Virus record (IMG/VR): IMGVR_UViG_3300032331_003609
Location: 124,001 to 188,000 of that record
DNA length: 64,000 nucleotides
Direction: 5' to 3' (one strand)
Both the position numbers and the translations under genes were made by a program. Positions within the stretch are counted from its first letter, which is position 1. Every line of letters starts with the position of its first letter. This document shows, piece by piece, positions 17,430 through 27,002 of this stretch. A model generated the notes under the pieces. That model worked only from the letters and a program-made list of their open reading frames with translations, searched no databases and was not told the DNA's origin.

Positions 17430-19679
17430 ATGGATAGAATTAATTTCGACGATAATCTGTCACAGATAAAAATGGAAAAGGCTAAAGCTGCTGCCACTCT
17501 TTTAAATGAGAGCTGGGGTGGTAACGGAGGTTTTATTCCAGGCGCTGCTGGCTCGTATACAGACGGTTTACAAAAAGAGATAGCTAATATGTCTACAGAA
17601 GACAGAAACCTAGCTAAACCTTCTTTTTCTGTTGGTGTGTTAGAAACAGCAATGGCTTTAAACAATACATCATTCACTGAATTGCCAGAAGCTAAGGTCC
17701 TGGTTGAGAAATACATCAATCATGCAGCGGTTAAAGGAATTTCTGAGGCTTACCTGATTGAATCAATGATCTCTGAATTGGAAAACTTTGCTTGGGAAAA
17801 GAATGTAAAATCTGCATTAAATACCCTAAAGAAAACATTTGAAAGCAATAGAAGAGAAATTGAAGTAGCAAAGGCTATTGAAGAAATTAATAGATCAGCA
17901 GGTAGAGATTTATTTTCTGGTATTGTTGAATCAATGAGAAATTGGTTAGCAGCAGATCAAAGAATTTCAGAAAGTCTTTTAAGAGACCTTAAGAAATGGG
18001 GATTTAACCCAACAGTTAGAAATCTAGTTGAGAAGGTATCTTATTTGGAGAATAACAGCTCAAGCAGATTTAGTATTAAAGTAGCATCTGATACATGCAG
18101 TGTCAGCCCTATTATTGCTCCAAGTTTAGTTACTGAAAGTTCTTCAATATTTGTAACATCTGATAGATTCTTCAGAGCTACAGAAGAAGGAGTATCTGTA
18201 ATGGAAAGAGCAGAAGCTTCAAAACTTCCTGGTAAATTCTTAAATGCAGTTTTAGCACTTTCTAATCCAAATGTTAAAGTTAACGAAAGTGGTTTAGATC
18301 TTTATATAGGTAAAAATAAAATCTCTGTTGTTTTTGAAAGTGAAACAGATACTAAAAATATTTTCTTCAACGGTAAAAGAGTAGCAGAAGATAAATTAGG
18401 ATTCACATTATCTTTTGAATTAAGAAATGGCTTCCAAGGATCTGCTAATGCAATTGAAAATGCAGTTCAAGTAGTAGAAGCTGCTAACTATCTTTCTGAA
18501 ATTGATTTTGGTAAAAAGATCTCTTCTAAAATCTACGAAGGAGTAGAAGCTAACGTATTTAAATTTGGCGAAAAGGTTTACGTTCATAAAGTAAACCCTG
18601 CTATGAGAAAGAACGAGCTTTTAGAAGGAAACGGCAATCAAGCAGTTAATATAGTAAAAGAATTCTTAGGATTTGATCTTTCTGAATCTATGACAGAAGT
18701 TTTAGAAAAAGAAGAAAGAATCTTAGCTATCATGAAGAATGACAAAGAATCTATCAAGAAAAACCTATCTATCGTAGAGAGCGAAATGAACAAGATTGCT
18801 AAAGCACTTGAATCAAATCCTTCTTTACAAAATTCTGATGAAATTAAAGAAGCTCAAGTAATGCTTAGCAATGAGTCTACTGCATTAAAATCTAAATGGA
18901 ATCAAATCTCAGTTGAGATTGAAAGATTCGAAAAAGGAGCTAAGAAGGTATCTAAAATCTCTGAAAACGAAGGATATGGTATTAACACCGATGTTAAAAT
19001 AAACAGAAACGGAGAAAAAGGTAGAGTTGTAGGTGTAAATGGTAATTCTAAAACATACACAGTTATGTTTGAGAATGGAAAAACCGGAGAATTTTTCTTC
19101 AATGATGTAACTGATATCTCAGATGAAATTAACAACATTGAATTACAACCAGTTAATGATTTACAAGAAGAGGAAACAAACGAATCAGCTGAAGCTAACT
19201 TAGCAGAAGCACCGGACACAACTGCAGCAGGATCAGCAAAAGATATTGACGATTTAAATGCTCACAATTTAGCAAATTTAGATGTTAAAGGTGGTAAGAA
19301 ATTAAAAGAAGATCCAAAAGGAACTTCTGGTAAACATGAATTAGCAACTGCTCCTGAGCACACAGCAAAGACAGGAAAGAAATTCGTTCAAAAAGAAAAG
19401 AATGCTAACTTAGCTGATGCACCACATAGCACATCTGCTGGATCAGCAAAAGATATTGAAGATTTAAAAGCTCACAATTTAGCAATTATCGAGTCTCAAA
19501 AGAATGCTAACTACGAAAAAGCACCTTCTGGCAAGAAAGAGAAAGTTAAAAAATTAGTTCTTGGTAAAAAAGGAACTTTGGCTAAAGCACCAGGTAATAG
19601 CAAGCATAACGGTAAAGGTGATCACGAGCCTCTTAATAGAGCAACCCTATCTAAAGCACCGTCTACAAAAAAAAAGTAA
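17430..19679 (+). CDS. Large head-associated protein (prohead core / internal head-like), 749 aa
   Basis: Late promoter; many L/I/V-x-E sites (LLNES, IVES, VTES, ISEN); coiled coil, SH3/KOW-like segment, C-terminal LA.AP repeats; lies in the head module. Confidence 0.7.
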   Translation: MDRINFDDNLSQIKMEKAKAAATLLNESWGGNGGFIPGAAGSYTDGLQKEIANMSTEDRNLAKPSFSVGVLETAMALNNTSFTELPEAKVLVEKYINHAAVKGISEAYLIESMISELENFAWEKNVKSALNTLKKTFESNRREIEVAKAIEEINRSAGRDLFSGIVESMRNWLAADQRISESLLRDLKKWGFNPTVRNLVEKVSYLENNSSSRFSIKVASDTCSVSPIIAPSLVTESSSIFVTSDRFFRATEEGVSVMERAEASKLPGKFLNAVLALSNPNVKVNESGLDLYIGKNKISVVFESETDTKNIFFNGKRVAEDKLGFTLSFELRNGFQGSANAIENAVQVVEAANYLSEIDFGKKISSKIYEGVEANVFKFGEKVYVHKVNPAMRKNELLEGNGNQAVNIVKEFLGFDLSESMTEVLEKEERILAIMKNDKESIKKNLSIVESEMNKIAKALESNPSLQNSDEIKEAQVMLSNESTALKSKWNQISVEIERFEKGAKKVSKISENEGYGINTDVKINRNGEKGRVVGVNGNSKTYTVMFENGKTGEFFFNDVTDISDEINNIELQPVNDLQEEETNESAEANLAEAPDTTAAGSAKDIDDLNAHNLANLDVKGGKKLKEDPKGTSGKHELATAPEHTAKTGKKFVQKEKNANLADAPHSTSAGSAKDIEDLKAHNLAIIESQKNANYEKAPSGKKEKVKKLVLGKKGTLAKAPGNSKHNGKGDHEPLNRATLSKAPSTKKK

Positions 19680-19930
19680 ACACAATTTCTGAACATAGAA
19701 AAGAGTTCGTTTCCGAAGGTATAGGAAGCGAACTCTCTTTTTTTGCAGAGGATCTGACAAAGACCATAGGTAAATTGAAGGAATTAGAAACAACCAGTCA
19801 CTCTAACAGTAAGATAGGATTGAAGACCATACAAGACAGCATAAAAAAACTTGTGGCTTTAGAGGAAGATGTAACTAGACAAATGGAAACATTAGAAGGT
19901 CATTTCTCTCAAGAAAATAATACAGACTAA
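19676..19930 (+). CDS. ATG-less 84-codon open frame, candidate -1 frameshift extension of 17430..19679
   Basis: VNTISEHRKEFVSEGIGSELSFFAEDLTKTIGKLKELETTSHSNSKIGLKTIQDSIKKLVALEEDVTRQMETLEGHFSQENNTD*; frame open from 19655; fills the whole gap before gp55. Confidence 0.55.
   Translation, partial: VNTISEHRKEFVSEGIGSELSFFAEDLTKTIGKLKELETTSHSNSKIGLKTIQDSIKKLVALEEDVTRQMETLEGHFSQENNTD
19702..19744 (+). terminator. 13-bp stem-loop plus T-run (terminator or attenuator) inside the candidate extension frame
   Basis: AGAGTTCGTTTCC-gaaggtata-GGAAGCGAACTCT (one G-U pair) then CTTTTTTT. Confidence 0.65.
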
Positions 19931-19935
19931 ACCAA

Positions 19936-20292
19936 ATGGAGTATGTTAAAAACAAAGATCTAAAAAGAGCGATATTAGAATCAAAAGAGAATGGAAAATT
20001 AACCGCAGAAACGGTTAAAATGTTTACTTTAATAGTAAATGGTCTTTCAAAAACAAAATCCTATCGGGATATTGAAGATAAAGAAGATTGCATAGCATTT
20101 GGAATGGAGGATTTAATTAAATATTGGGACAGATTTGATCCAGCTAAATCCGATAATCCATTTGCATTTATTTCACAAATTGCCAAAAACGGAATGCAAA
20201 AAGGTTGGAAAAAAATACATTCAACCAGGTCTATAAAAACCATCCCCTTTTCTAGACTTACAAGGGATGATAATCAAAATTATAATGTCTAA
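19936..20292 (+). CDS. gp55: Late-transcription sigma factor, T4 gp55-like
   Basis: YVKNKDL...LIVNGLS...SY...EDCI..G.E.LIKY...FDP.KSDNPFAFISQIA.NG matches the gp55 pattern (YVNNKEL...LIAEGLS...NFD..K..NPHAYITQ). Confidence 0.85.
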   Translation: MEYVKNKDLKRAILESKENGKLTAETVKMFTLIVNGLSKTKSYRDIEDKEDCIAFGMEDLIKYWDRFDPAKSDNPFAFISQIAKNGMQKGWKKIHSTRSIKTIPFSRLTRDDNQNYNV

Positions 20293-20779
20293 AACCAATA
20301 TAAAAAATGTCAAACCTAATGGCAGATTTAAATCGGGAAAATTCGTACCAAGAAATCCCGAGAAGTATATTGGCGATATTCACAACATAATCTATAGATC
20401 ATCATGGGAAGGGAGATTTTGTATGTATTGCGATCAGAATCCTAGCATCTTAAAATGGGCTTCAGAAGCGGTGCAAATAGAATATTGGAATCCCATTGAT
20501 AAAAAAACCCACATTTACCACCCCGATTATTACATAAAGGTTCAAAAAAGGGATATGTCAACTGAGGATTGGATTATTGAAATAAAACCATCTTCCCAAT
20601 ATCAGTTAGAAAAAAAACCAGTTTTAAAAGAACCGATGACGGAAAAGAGAATTAGATCTCATAACGATCAAATGCAAATATGGATCGTGAACAGAGCTAA
20701 ATTTGATGCTGCAATGAATTTTGCAAAGTTTAATGGATATAAGTTTGGAGCCATAGATGAAAATTTCATTTTTAGATAA
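20267..20779 (+). CDS. gp4: Head completion nuclease, T4 gp4-like (TnsA-type fold)
   Basis: GKF.P.NPEKYIGD...I.YRSSWE..F...CD.NP.ILKWASE; YHPDYY; IEIKP. Confidence 0.9.
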   Translation: MIIKIIMSKTNIKNVKPNGRFKSGKFVPRNPEKYIGDIHNIIYRSSWEGRFCMYCDQNPSILKWASEAVQIEYWNPIDKKTHIYHPDYYIKVQKRDMSTEDWIIEIKPSSQYQLEKKPVLKEPMTEKRIRSHNDQMQIWIVNRAKFDAAMNFAKFNGYKFGAIDENFIFR

Positions 20780-21351
20780 TGGATTTTAAAATAGAAATAA
20801 GAGATGCTATAGAGAAAGCTGGATCCCCTGCAAAATTAGCGGAGGAAAGTTTTTTGAATTATTCAAAGAACTATGCAGTACTTACTAGTTCAGAGTCGCT
20901 TAGGAGTTTAGTTCAGGGAAAGATCTACACATTTTATTATGATTCAGATATTAAGGCAGATAAGGGATTTGTTAATAGAAGACCCGTAGTGTTCTTTGAA
21001 TCAAAAGAGATAACCCCATCAAAAAGCATAATAAAAGGAATAGACATGATCTTGCTAAGTCCAAAAGACAGAAAGAATTTCTTCATCCGATTACATTCTA
21101 TTTATGGTAAAATCATGGATCAGAACGAAAAAAGAGATAGATCTGCGCACATGCCTTTAAGATTTGACCCCTCAGTATTAGAAACTTTAATGGGAGGTAT
21201 CAAGTATAATCATGCATACACCGGATACAAAATGGAAAAAATAAAAGGATTAAAGGAAATAGAAAGAGAGGAGTGGAGATATTTAGTCTATCTAAACACC
21301 AAATCTATTGAGGGGGCTGATTTGAACGATATATACAACAAATATCAATAA
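20779..21351 (+). CDS. gp2: DNA end protector, T4 gp2-like
   Basis: GKIYTFYYD...RPVV...G..M..L.PK.R pattern; synteny gp4-gp2-portal. Confidence 0.65.
   Translation: MDFKIEIRDAIEKAGSPAKLAEESFLNYSKNYAVLTSSESLRSLVQGKIYTFYYDSDIKADKGFVNRRPVVFFESKEITPSKSIIKGIDMILLSPKDRKNFFIRLHSIYGKIMDQNEKRDRSAHMPLRFDPSVLETLMGGIKYNHAYTGYKMEKIKGLKEIEREEWRYLVYLNTKSIEGADLNDIYNKYQ
21328..21335 (+). promoter_or_regulatory. Late promoter GATATATA inside the gp2 3' end
   Basis: 15 nt before the portal-1 ATG. Confidence 0.55.
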
Positions 21352-22943
21352 TGGCAGGATTTTTAGGAGATAATAGGAGCAATCCATTTTTTAGTAACGT
21401 TCTAAATAACCTTAGAAAAATAGGTTCTTTTGGAATGAGCTATGGTGACATGGTTGTTAAAAACTCCCAAGCGGTAGGTACTACCGAGGCAATGTTCTTA
21501 AAACAGGGCGGAATTCAGGATGAAAATTTCTTATATGCTTTAAGAAAGGCAGATACCACAGCTAAACAATACATAGCTTATTTTGATAGGGATTACATCA
21601 ATAAGAAAACATATCTTAGAAGCTTTGCACTTAATCCTGAAATAGAATTTATTTTAGATACCGTTTGCGACGAAGCTATTGTATATGATGATAAAAACTT
21701 CTTTTCATATTTTGTATCAACAGATATCAAGGGTATTGGCGAAGAGATGGAACAGCAAATACAAGACAGATATAAAGAAATTTATAGCTTATTTGGCTTT
21801 AATGAAGGAATCTCTGCATGGCACTTTTTTAGGAACTTTTTAATTGATGGGATATTAGCATTTGAAATCATATTTGACTCGAGGGGAAAGAATATTATAG
21901 GATTTAAAGAATTAGATCCTGCATCCTTATTGCCTTCCGTCGAAAAACAACTTGACGGTAATTTCGTAGAATGCTGGATTCAATACCCAGACAATCCCTC
22001 TTTATCTAGAAAATTGTACGATTCACAGATTATTTATATTTCATACGCTAAGGGAAATACAACAACAAGAGTAAGTTATGTAGAAAGATTGATTAGATCT
22101 TTTAATCTATTAAGAATTATGGAGCATACCAGAGTAATTTGGAATGTTATGAATTCATCATATAGAATGACAATGACTGTTCCAGTAGGAACAAAATCCC
22201 CGCAAAAAGCAAAACAATCATTAGCTGAGCTGATGAGCATCTATAAAGAAGATATTAGTCTTAATCAAGATAGCGGTGAGCTTTTTGTGAACGGAAAACC
22301 AAACATTCAGTTCTTTAAAAATTATCTGATGCCGTCTACTCCCAACGGAACACCTGATATAACACCATTAGCAGGAAGCGGAGATGCAACACCTTTTAGC
22401 GATTTAAAAGCTTTAGCATATTTTGCAGATAAGCTTAAATTAGATTCTAAAATTCCATATTCAAGATTTGATAGAGAGGATAGAGGTACACAGGGTACAT
22501 TCAGTGGTAACGCAGAAGGATTAGATCAAGAAGAGATAAGATTCTTTAAATTCATTACAAGATTAAGATCCATCTATCAAGATATACTTCTAAAACCTTT
22601 ATGGATACAATTTTGCTTGGATCATCCAGAGCATAAAAGGGATTTTATGGTTAAGAGCCAATTCGGTTTAGATTATGTTAAAGATAATTCTTTTGCTGAA
22701 ATAAAATATATGGAGATCCTCAATGCAAGAAAAGATCAAGTAACTAAAATTGCAGGTCTTTTAGATGCTGACGGAACACCGTATTTCTCGTTGAATTATG
22801 TACTAGACAAGTATCTTGGAATGACCGATGATGATAAGATAGCTAACGAGAAAGCAAAAGAGGCAGCAGAGAAGAAGAAAAAAGAGAAGGAGAAAGAAGC
22901 AGGAGAAGCAGGAGAAGCACCAGAAGGAGAATTTAAACTTTAA
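21351..22943 (+). CDS. gp20: Portal vertex protein, T4 gp20-like, paralog A
   Basis: PEIEFILD..CDEAIVYD, FR..LIDG.L.F, ELDP, SY.ERLIRSFNLLRIME...VIW, KA.Q....LM..YK, EEIRFFKFI.RLR. Confidence 0.9.
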   Translation: MAGFLGDNRSNPFFSNVLNNLRKIGSFGMSYGDMVVKNSQAVGTTEAMFLKQGGIQDENFLYALRKADTTAKQYIAYFDRDYINKKTYLRSFALNPEIEFILDTVCDEAIVYDDKNFFSYFVSTDIKGIGEEMEQQIQDRYKEIYSLFGFNEGISAWHFFRNFLIDGILAFEIIFDSRGKNIIGFKELDPASLLPSVEKQLDGNFVECWIQYPDNPSLSRKLYDSQIIYISYAKGNTTTRVSYVERLIRSFNLLRIMEHTRVIWNVMNSSYRMTMTVPVGTKSPQKAKQSLAELMSIYKEDISLNQDSGELFVNGKPNIQFFKNYLMPSTPNGTPDITPLAGSGDATPFSDLKALAYFADKLKLDSKIPYSRFDREDRGTQGTFSGNAEGLDQEEIRFFKFITRLRSIYQDILLKPLWIQFCLDHPEHKRDFMVKSQFGLDYVKDNSFAEIKYMEILNARKDQVTKIAGLLDADGTPYFSLNYVLDKYLGMTDDDKIANEKAKEAAEKKKKEKEKEAGEAGEAPEGEFKL

Positions 22944-22946
22944 TAA

Positions 22947-24680
22947 ATGGCAGGATTCATTGACAATTTTTCACAGAGTAACCCAAACATGGGGCGTATA
23001 CTCAAAGCCGTAAGTAAAATCGGAAGCTTCGGAATGGAGTATAAAGATCTTGTTGTGAAAAATTCTCAAGCAATTGGGGTTTCAGAAGCAATGATGAGAC
23101 AAAAATTAGCATTAACAGATTCTGATGAGGATTTTATTTTTAGCCTTGCAGCTGCAGATACCACTAGTAGAAAATACATTGCTTATTTTGATAAAGATTA
23201 TCCATACAAAAGAGATTTTTTAAGAAGCTTTGCACTTAATGCCGAGATAGAATGGATTTTAGACATCCTTGCTGATGAAGCTATAGTTTATGATGACAGA
23301 AATTTTTGCTGCAGTCTATCACTGGTTAATATGGATCTAAAGGATGAAATAGCAGACTCATTGAGGGAGAACTTTAGAAAGATCTATGTCTCCCATGGAT
23401 TTAACAACGGAATTTCAGCTTGGCAGTATTTTAGACAATTTTTAATAGATGGATTTTTATCTTTTGAAATAGTTTATTCAGATGATGGAAAACAAATAGT
23501 AGGATTTAAAGAATTAGATCCAGTTTCATTGACCCCATCTGTAGAGAGAAACCCTGGAGGACAAACTGTTCAAATATGGTATCAGTACTATGGAGACAGT
23601 GTTAGAGAAAGAAAGCTATATGATGCTCAGGTCATATATGTTTCTTTTGCAAATGGTAATGGCACAAGCAGAACAAGTTATGCTGAAAGATTAATTAGAT
23701 CCCATAATCTTCTAAAGATAATGGAGCATACCAGAATCATTTGGAATGTTATGAATGCTTCTTTCCGATTGAAGATGACTATCCCGGTTGGTTCTAGATC
23801 TCCTCAAAAAGCAAAAGAGACATTAGGGGAATTGATGAACATGTATAAGGAGGATATTAAACTTAATACTGATTCCGGAGAATTAAGTATTAACGGACGT
23901 CCAAATTTACAATTTTATAAGAACTATCTTTTCCCTGTCCAAGGAGGAGAATCACCTAAAATAGAGACTATTAATAATGCAGGGCCAAACTTAAATGTTA
24001 TAGATGCTGTGGTTTATTTCTTCAATAAATTAAAAGCAGATTCTAAGATACCATTTAATAGATTCGCTGCTAGATCTGGTGGAACCGTAGGAACATATAA
24101 GATAGGAGCAGAATCTGCAGAAAGGGATGAAATCAGATATAATAAATTCATTAATAGAATTAGATCAATCTATCAAGAGATCATACTAAAACCATTATGG
24201 ATTCAGATGACTTTGGATTATCCTGAACTTGATAAGGATTCTATATTTAGATCCCAATTAGGGCTTAAATTTAACTCCGATAATCAGTTTGGTGAATCTA
24301 AAGAGATAGAACAACTAATTAAGAAAATAGATTTTATAGCAGGACTTTCTGAAATTAAAGAAAAGAAAGGCGAAGAAGAACTTCCTTATTTTAGCCAGGA
24401 TTTTCTTATAGATAAATTTTTAGGATTGACCAACGAAGATAGAAGGGTTAATAATATTTACAAGAAAAAGGAGGAGGAGGAAGGCAAAGCAGCAGCTGCA
24501 ATTTCAGGATCTGCTACACCAGCACCAGCAGGTGGAGGTGACACAGCAACTCCAGCAGCAGAAACTGGAGGCGATGAAGCAGCACCAGCAGCTGAAGCCC
24601 CTGCGGAAGAAGCACCAGCAGCAGAAGCCACACCAGCACCAGCACCAGCAGCAGCAGCAACAGAGACTGAAGCACCTTAA
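22947..24680 (+). CDS. gp20: Portal vertex protein, T4 gp20-like, paralog B with Ala/Pro/Glu-rich tail
   Basis: Same motifs as paralog A along the full length (RDEIRYNKFI.RIR); C-terminal PAAEAPAEEAPAAEA tail. Confidence 0.9.
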   Translation: MAGFIDNFSQSNPNMGRILKAVSKIGSFGMEYKDLVVKNSQAIGVSEAMMRQKLALTDSDEDFIFSLAAADTTSRKYIAYFDKDYPYKRDFLRSFALNAEIEWILDILADEAIVYDDRNFCCSLSLVNMDLKDEIADSLRENFRKIYVSHGFNNGISAWQYFRQFLIDGFLSFEIVYSDDGKQIVGFKELDPVSLTPSVERNPGGQTVQIWYQYYGDSVRERKLYDAQVIYVSFANGNGTSRTSYAERLIRSHNLLKIMEHTRIIWNVMNASFRLKMTIPVGSRSPQKAKETLGELMNMYKEDIKLNTDSGELSINGRPNLQFYKNYLFPVQGGESPKIETINNAGPNLNVIDAVVYFFNKLKADSKIPFNRFAARSGGTVGTYKIGAESAERDEIRYNKFINRIRSIYQEIILKPLWIQMTLDYPELDKDSIFRSQLGLKFNSDNQFGESKEIEQLIKKIDFIAGLSEIKEKKGEEELPYFSQDFLIDKFLGLTNEDRRVNNIYKKKEEEEGKAAAAISGSATPAPAGGGDTATPAAETGGDEAAPAAEAPAEEAPAAEATPAPAPAAAATETEAP

Positions 24681-24712
24681 TTGAAACATTTTTTATAATC
24701 GGGTTTTTTATT

Positions 24713-24720
24713 TACATTTG
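24713..24720 (+). promoter_or_regulatory. Bacteroidota-type -7 promoter box TACATTTG
   Basis: TAnnTTTG 18 nt upstream of the ligase ATG. Confidence 0.6.
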
Positions 24721-24738
24721 ACCTGTAAATAAACAAAC

Positions 24739-26058
24739 ATGCATAAAGAATTAGAACTGTTATTAGAAATAGAAGGATCCACTGGTGAGGGATCCCAAAA
24801 AAGAAAACAGGAGCTTATCTCCTCTAATCTAACTCCAGAATTGGAGTATATCCTATCAATCTGTTTTGATCCATTTGTTACGACAAAGCTACACAAGCTT
24901 AATTACGGGGATACAGATTCTCAAGAAAATCCAAACCTTTTCAATGAATTCGTTTCATTATGCGAGGAGCTTAAGAAAGCACCAGCGATAAACGACAATC
25001 TAAGGACCAAGGCTGAACGTTTGATTGAATCTACTGGTTATCATACAGAATTAAATAAAGTACTCGCTAAGGTGCTTACAAAGCGAATGAATATAGGGGT
25101 GGGTGCTAAACTCATTAATAAAGCAGTCGGAAAAGAACTAATTCCTGATCCTAGCCTAATGCTAGCAGAAGATGATCATAAAGCCATCGATAAATGGAAT
25201 TCTATTGTTTGTGAAGAAAAATATGATGGCGTTAGGGTTATTTGTGTAATAGAAGACCGAATTCCTAAATTCTATACTAGAGCATTCAATGAACTGAATA
25301 GCAAATTTCTTTCTAAAATAGCAAACCAACTATTAATCATTTCAGAAGGAATAGATGGTATTTTTTTCGACGGGGAGCTTACAGATTTAGACAGGAAGGG
25401 GGTTAGTGGAAAAGTTAATCAAATGTTAAAGGGATCACCAAAAGAGTCCATAGGTGACGATCTTCTTTTTAACACATTCGATATAGATCCTATTACATCT
25501 ATTAGGAACGGCAAGGGAACTACCGCATACACAGAACGTAGAGATTTATTAGAAAAGCTTTTTCAAAATACAGAAACACCTAATATAGTTTTAGCAAGAA
25601 AATGGGAAGCAAAGACCAAGGAGGAATTAATGCCAATTTATGATCAAATAGTAGCTAATGGAGGTGAAGGAGTTATTATGAAAGATCCATCCCATGTATA
25701 TGAATGTAAAAGATCTAAATCTTGGATTAAATTTAAGGAAGTAGAAGATTGTGATTTAGAAGTTACTGGTTGGTATCCCGGTGAAGGAAAAAGGGAAGGA
25801 TTTATTGGAGGATTTAATTGTAAAGATGCATCAGGGGAATATCAGGTAAAAGTTGGATCTGGATTTACAGAAGCAGATCTTATTTCTCTATCTAAAAATC
25901 CTGATTCTTTGATTGGTAGAATTGTAACATTACAATATAACGTCCCTATAGAAGATAAGAACGGTAGTAAATCTTTATTCTTACCTAGATTTATAGAAGT
26001 TAGAAGTGATAAGACAGAACCAGAAAACCTAGTAACAAGATTTAACGAAAAGAAATAA
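24739..26058 (+). CDS. gp30: ATP-dependent DNA ligase (T4 gp30-like)
   Basis: EEKYDGVR (KxDG), FDGEL, GGEGVIMK, WIKFK, OB domain VGSGF...LFLPRF. Confidence 0.95.
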   Translation: MHKELELLLEIEGSTGEGSQKRKQELISSNLTPELEYILSICFDPFVTTKLHKLNYGDTDSQENPNLFNEFVSLCEELKKAPAINDNLRTKAERLIESTGYHTELNKVLAKVLTKRMNIGVGAKLINKAVGKELIPDPSLMLAEDDHKAIDKWNSIVCEEKYDGVRVICVIEDRIPKFYTRAFNELNSKFLSKIANQLLIISEGIDGIFFDGELTDLDRKGVSGKVNQMLKGSPKESIGDDLLFNTFDIDPITSIRNGKGTTAYTERRDLLEKLFQNTETPNIVLARKWEAKTKEELMPIYDQIVANGGEGVIMKDPSHVYECKRSKSWIKFKEVEDCDLEVTGWYPGEGKREGFIGGFNCKDASGEYQVKVGSGFTEADLISLSKNPDSLIGRIVTLQYNVPIEDKNGSKSLFLPRFIEVRSDKTEPENLVTRFNEKK

Positions 26059-27002
26059 TGATCAATATTCTATTAACAGAGAAATTAAGACCAAAAGAAC
26101 TAAAGCACATGATCCTTCCAGAAAGGATTAAAGATGCTTTTCAAAACGGGCTACAGCAAAATGTTCTATTGACAGGATCACCAGGATCTGGTAAAACATC
26201 TCTTGCTAAAATATTATCTGCGGATTCTCCACGGCTTTTTATTAACGTTTCTGACGAAAGCTCGGTTGATACAGTTAGGGAAAAAATAGTAGGATTTTGT
26301 TCTACTATCTCTATTATGAACGAAGAGAATGCTATGAAGGTTGTAGTACTGGATGAGTTTGATGGTGCATCTGATCAATTCTATAAAGCCCTCAGAGGAA
26401 CAATAGAAAAATTCGCTAAGACCACTAGATTTGTTGCAACGTGTAACTGGATCAATAAAGTTCCTGCTCCGATGCAAAGTAGATTTCAGGTTTTTATTTT
26501 TGATCCAGTAAATAAGGAAGAGGAAGAAGATCTAAGGAATCAATGGAGATCCAGAATTAGATTGATCCTAACAAAGATGAATATTTCTATAGACGATAAT
26601 GCATTAAATTCTTTTGTTAAGAAATATTATCCAGATATGAGATCTGGATTGAATTGTATTCAAAGATGGCAAATTCAAGGATTAGATTCCATAACAGAAG
26701 AAAAGGTTTCTGAATCATCTTGGGATTACGAAGAACTATATGAAATGATCTTTCAAAAATTGGATCCAGTAAAAAGCTATCAGGTTATAGTTGGACAGTA
26801 CTCTAATTCAGTTGGAGAAATTATGGAATCTTTAGGAAGAGAATTCATAGAATGGGTAAAAGAAAAAAAACCCGGAAAAGTTCAGATGATTCCAGCATCT
26901 ATGATCCTTATTGCGCAGCACCAGGCTCAAAGAAACCAGGTAATTGATCCAGTTGTTAGTCTTTTGTCCTTATTCTATTCTTTACAAAAATTAACACAGT
27001 AG
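26058..27002 (+). CDS. gp44: Clamp loader large subunit (gp44 / RFC AAA+)
   Basis: EKLRP, GSPGSGKTS, INVSDE..VD.VR.KI, LDEFD, SRF, YPDMR. Confidence 0.92.
   Translation: MINILLTEKLRPKELKHMILPERIKDAFQNGLQQNVLLTGSPGSGKTSLAKILSADSPRLFINVSDESSVDTVREKIVGFCSTISIMNEENAMKVVVLDEFDGASDQFYKALRGTIEKFAKTTRFVATCNWINKVPAPMQSRFQVFIFDPVNKEEEEDLRNQWRSRIRLILTKMNISIDDNALNSFVKKYYPDMRSGLNCIQRWQIQGLDSITEEKVSESSWDYEELYEMIFQKLDPVKSYQVIVGQYSNSVGEIMESLGREFIEWVKEKKPGKVQMIPASMILIAQHQAQRNQVIDPVVSLLSLFYSLQKLTQ

Noticed and set aside
24683-24705. GAAACAT upstream of the ligase as an ECF promoter
   Set aside because: No matching -10 box at 15-16 nt spacing; only the TACATTTG host-type box is supported there.
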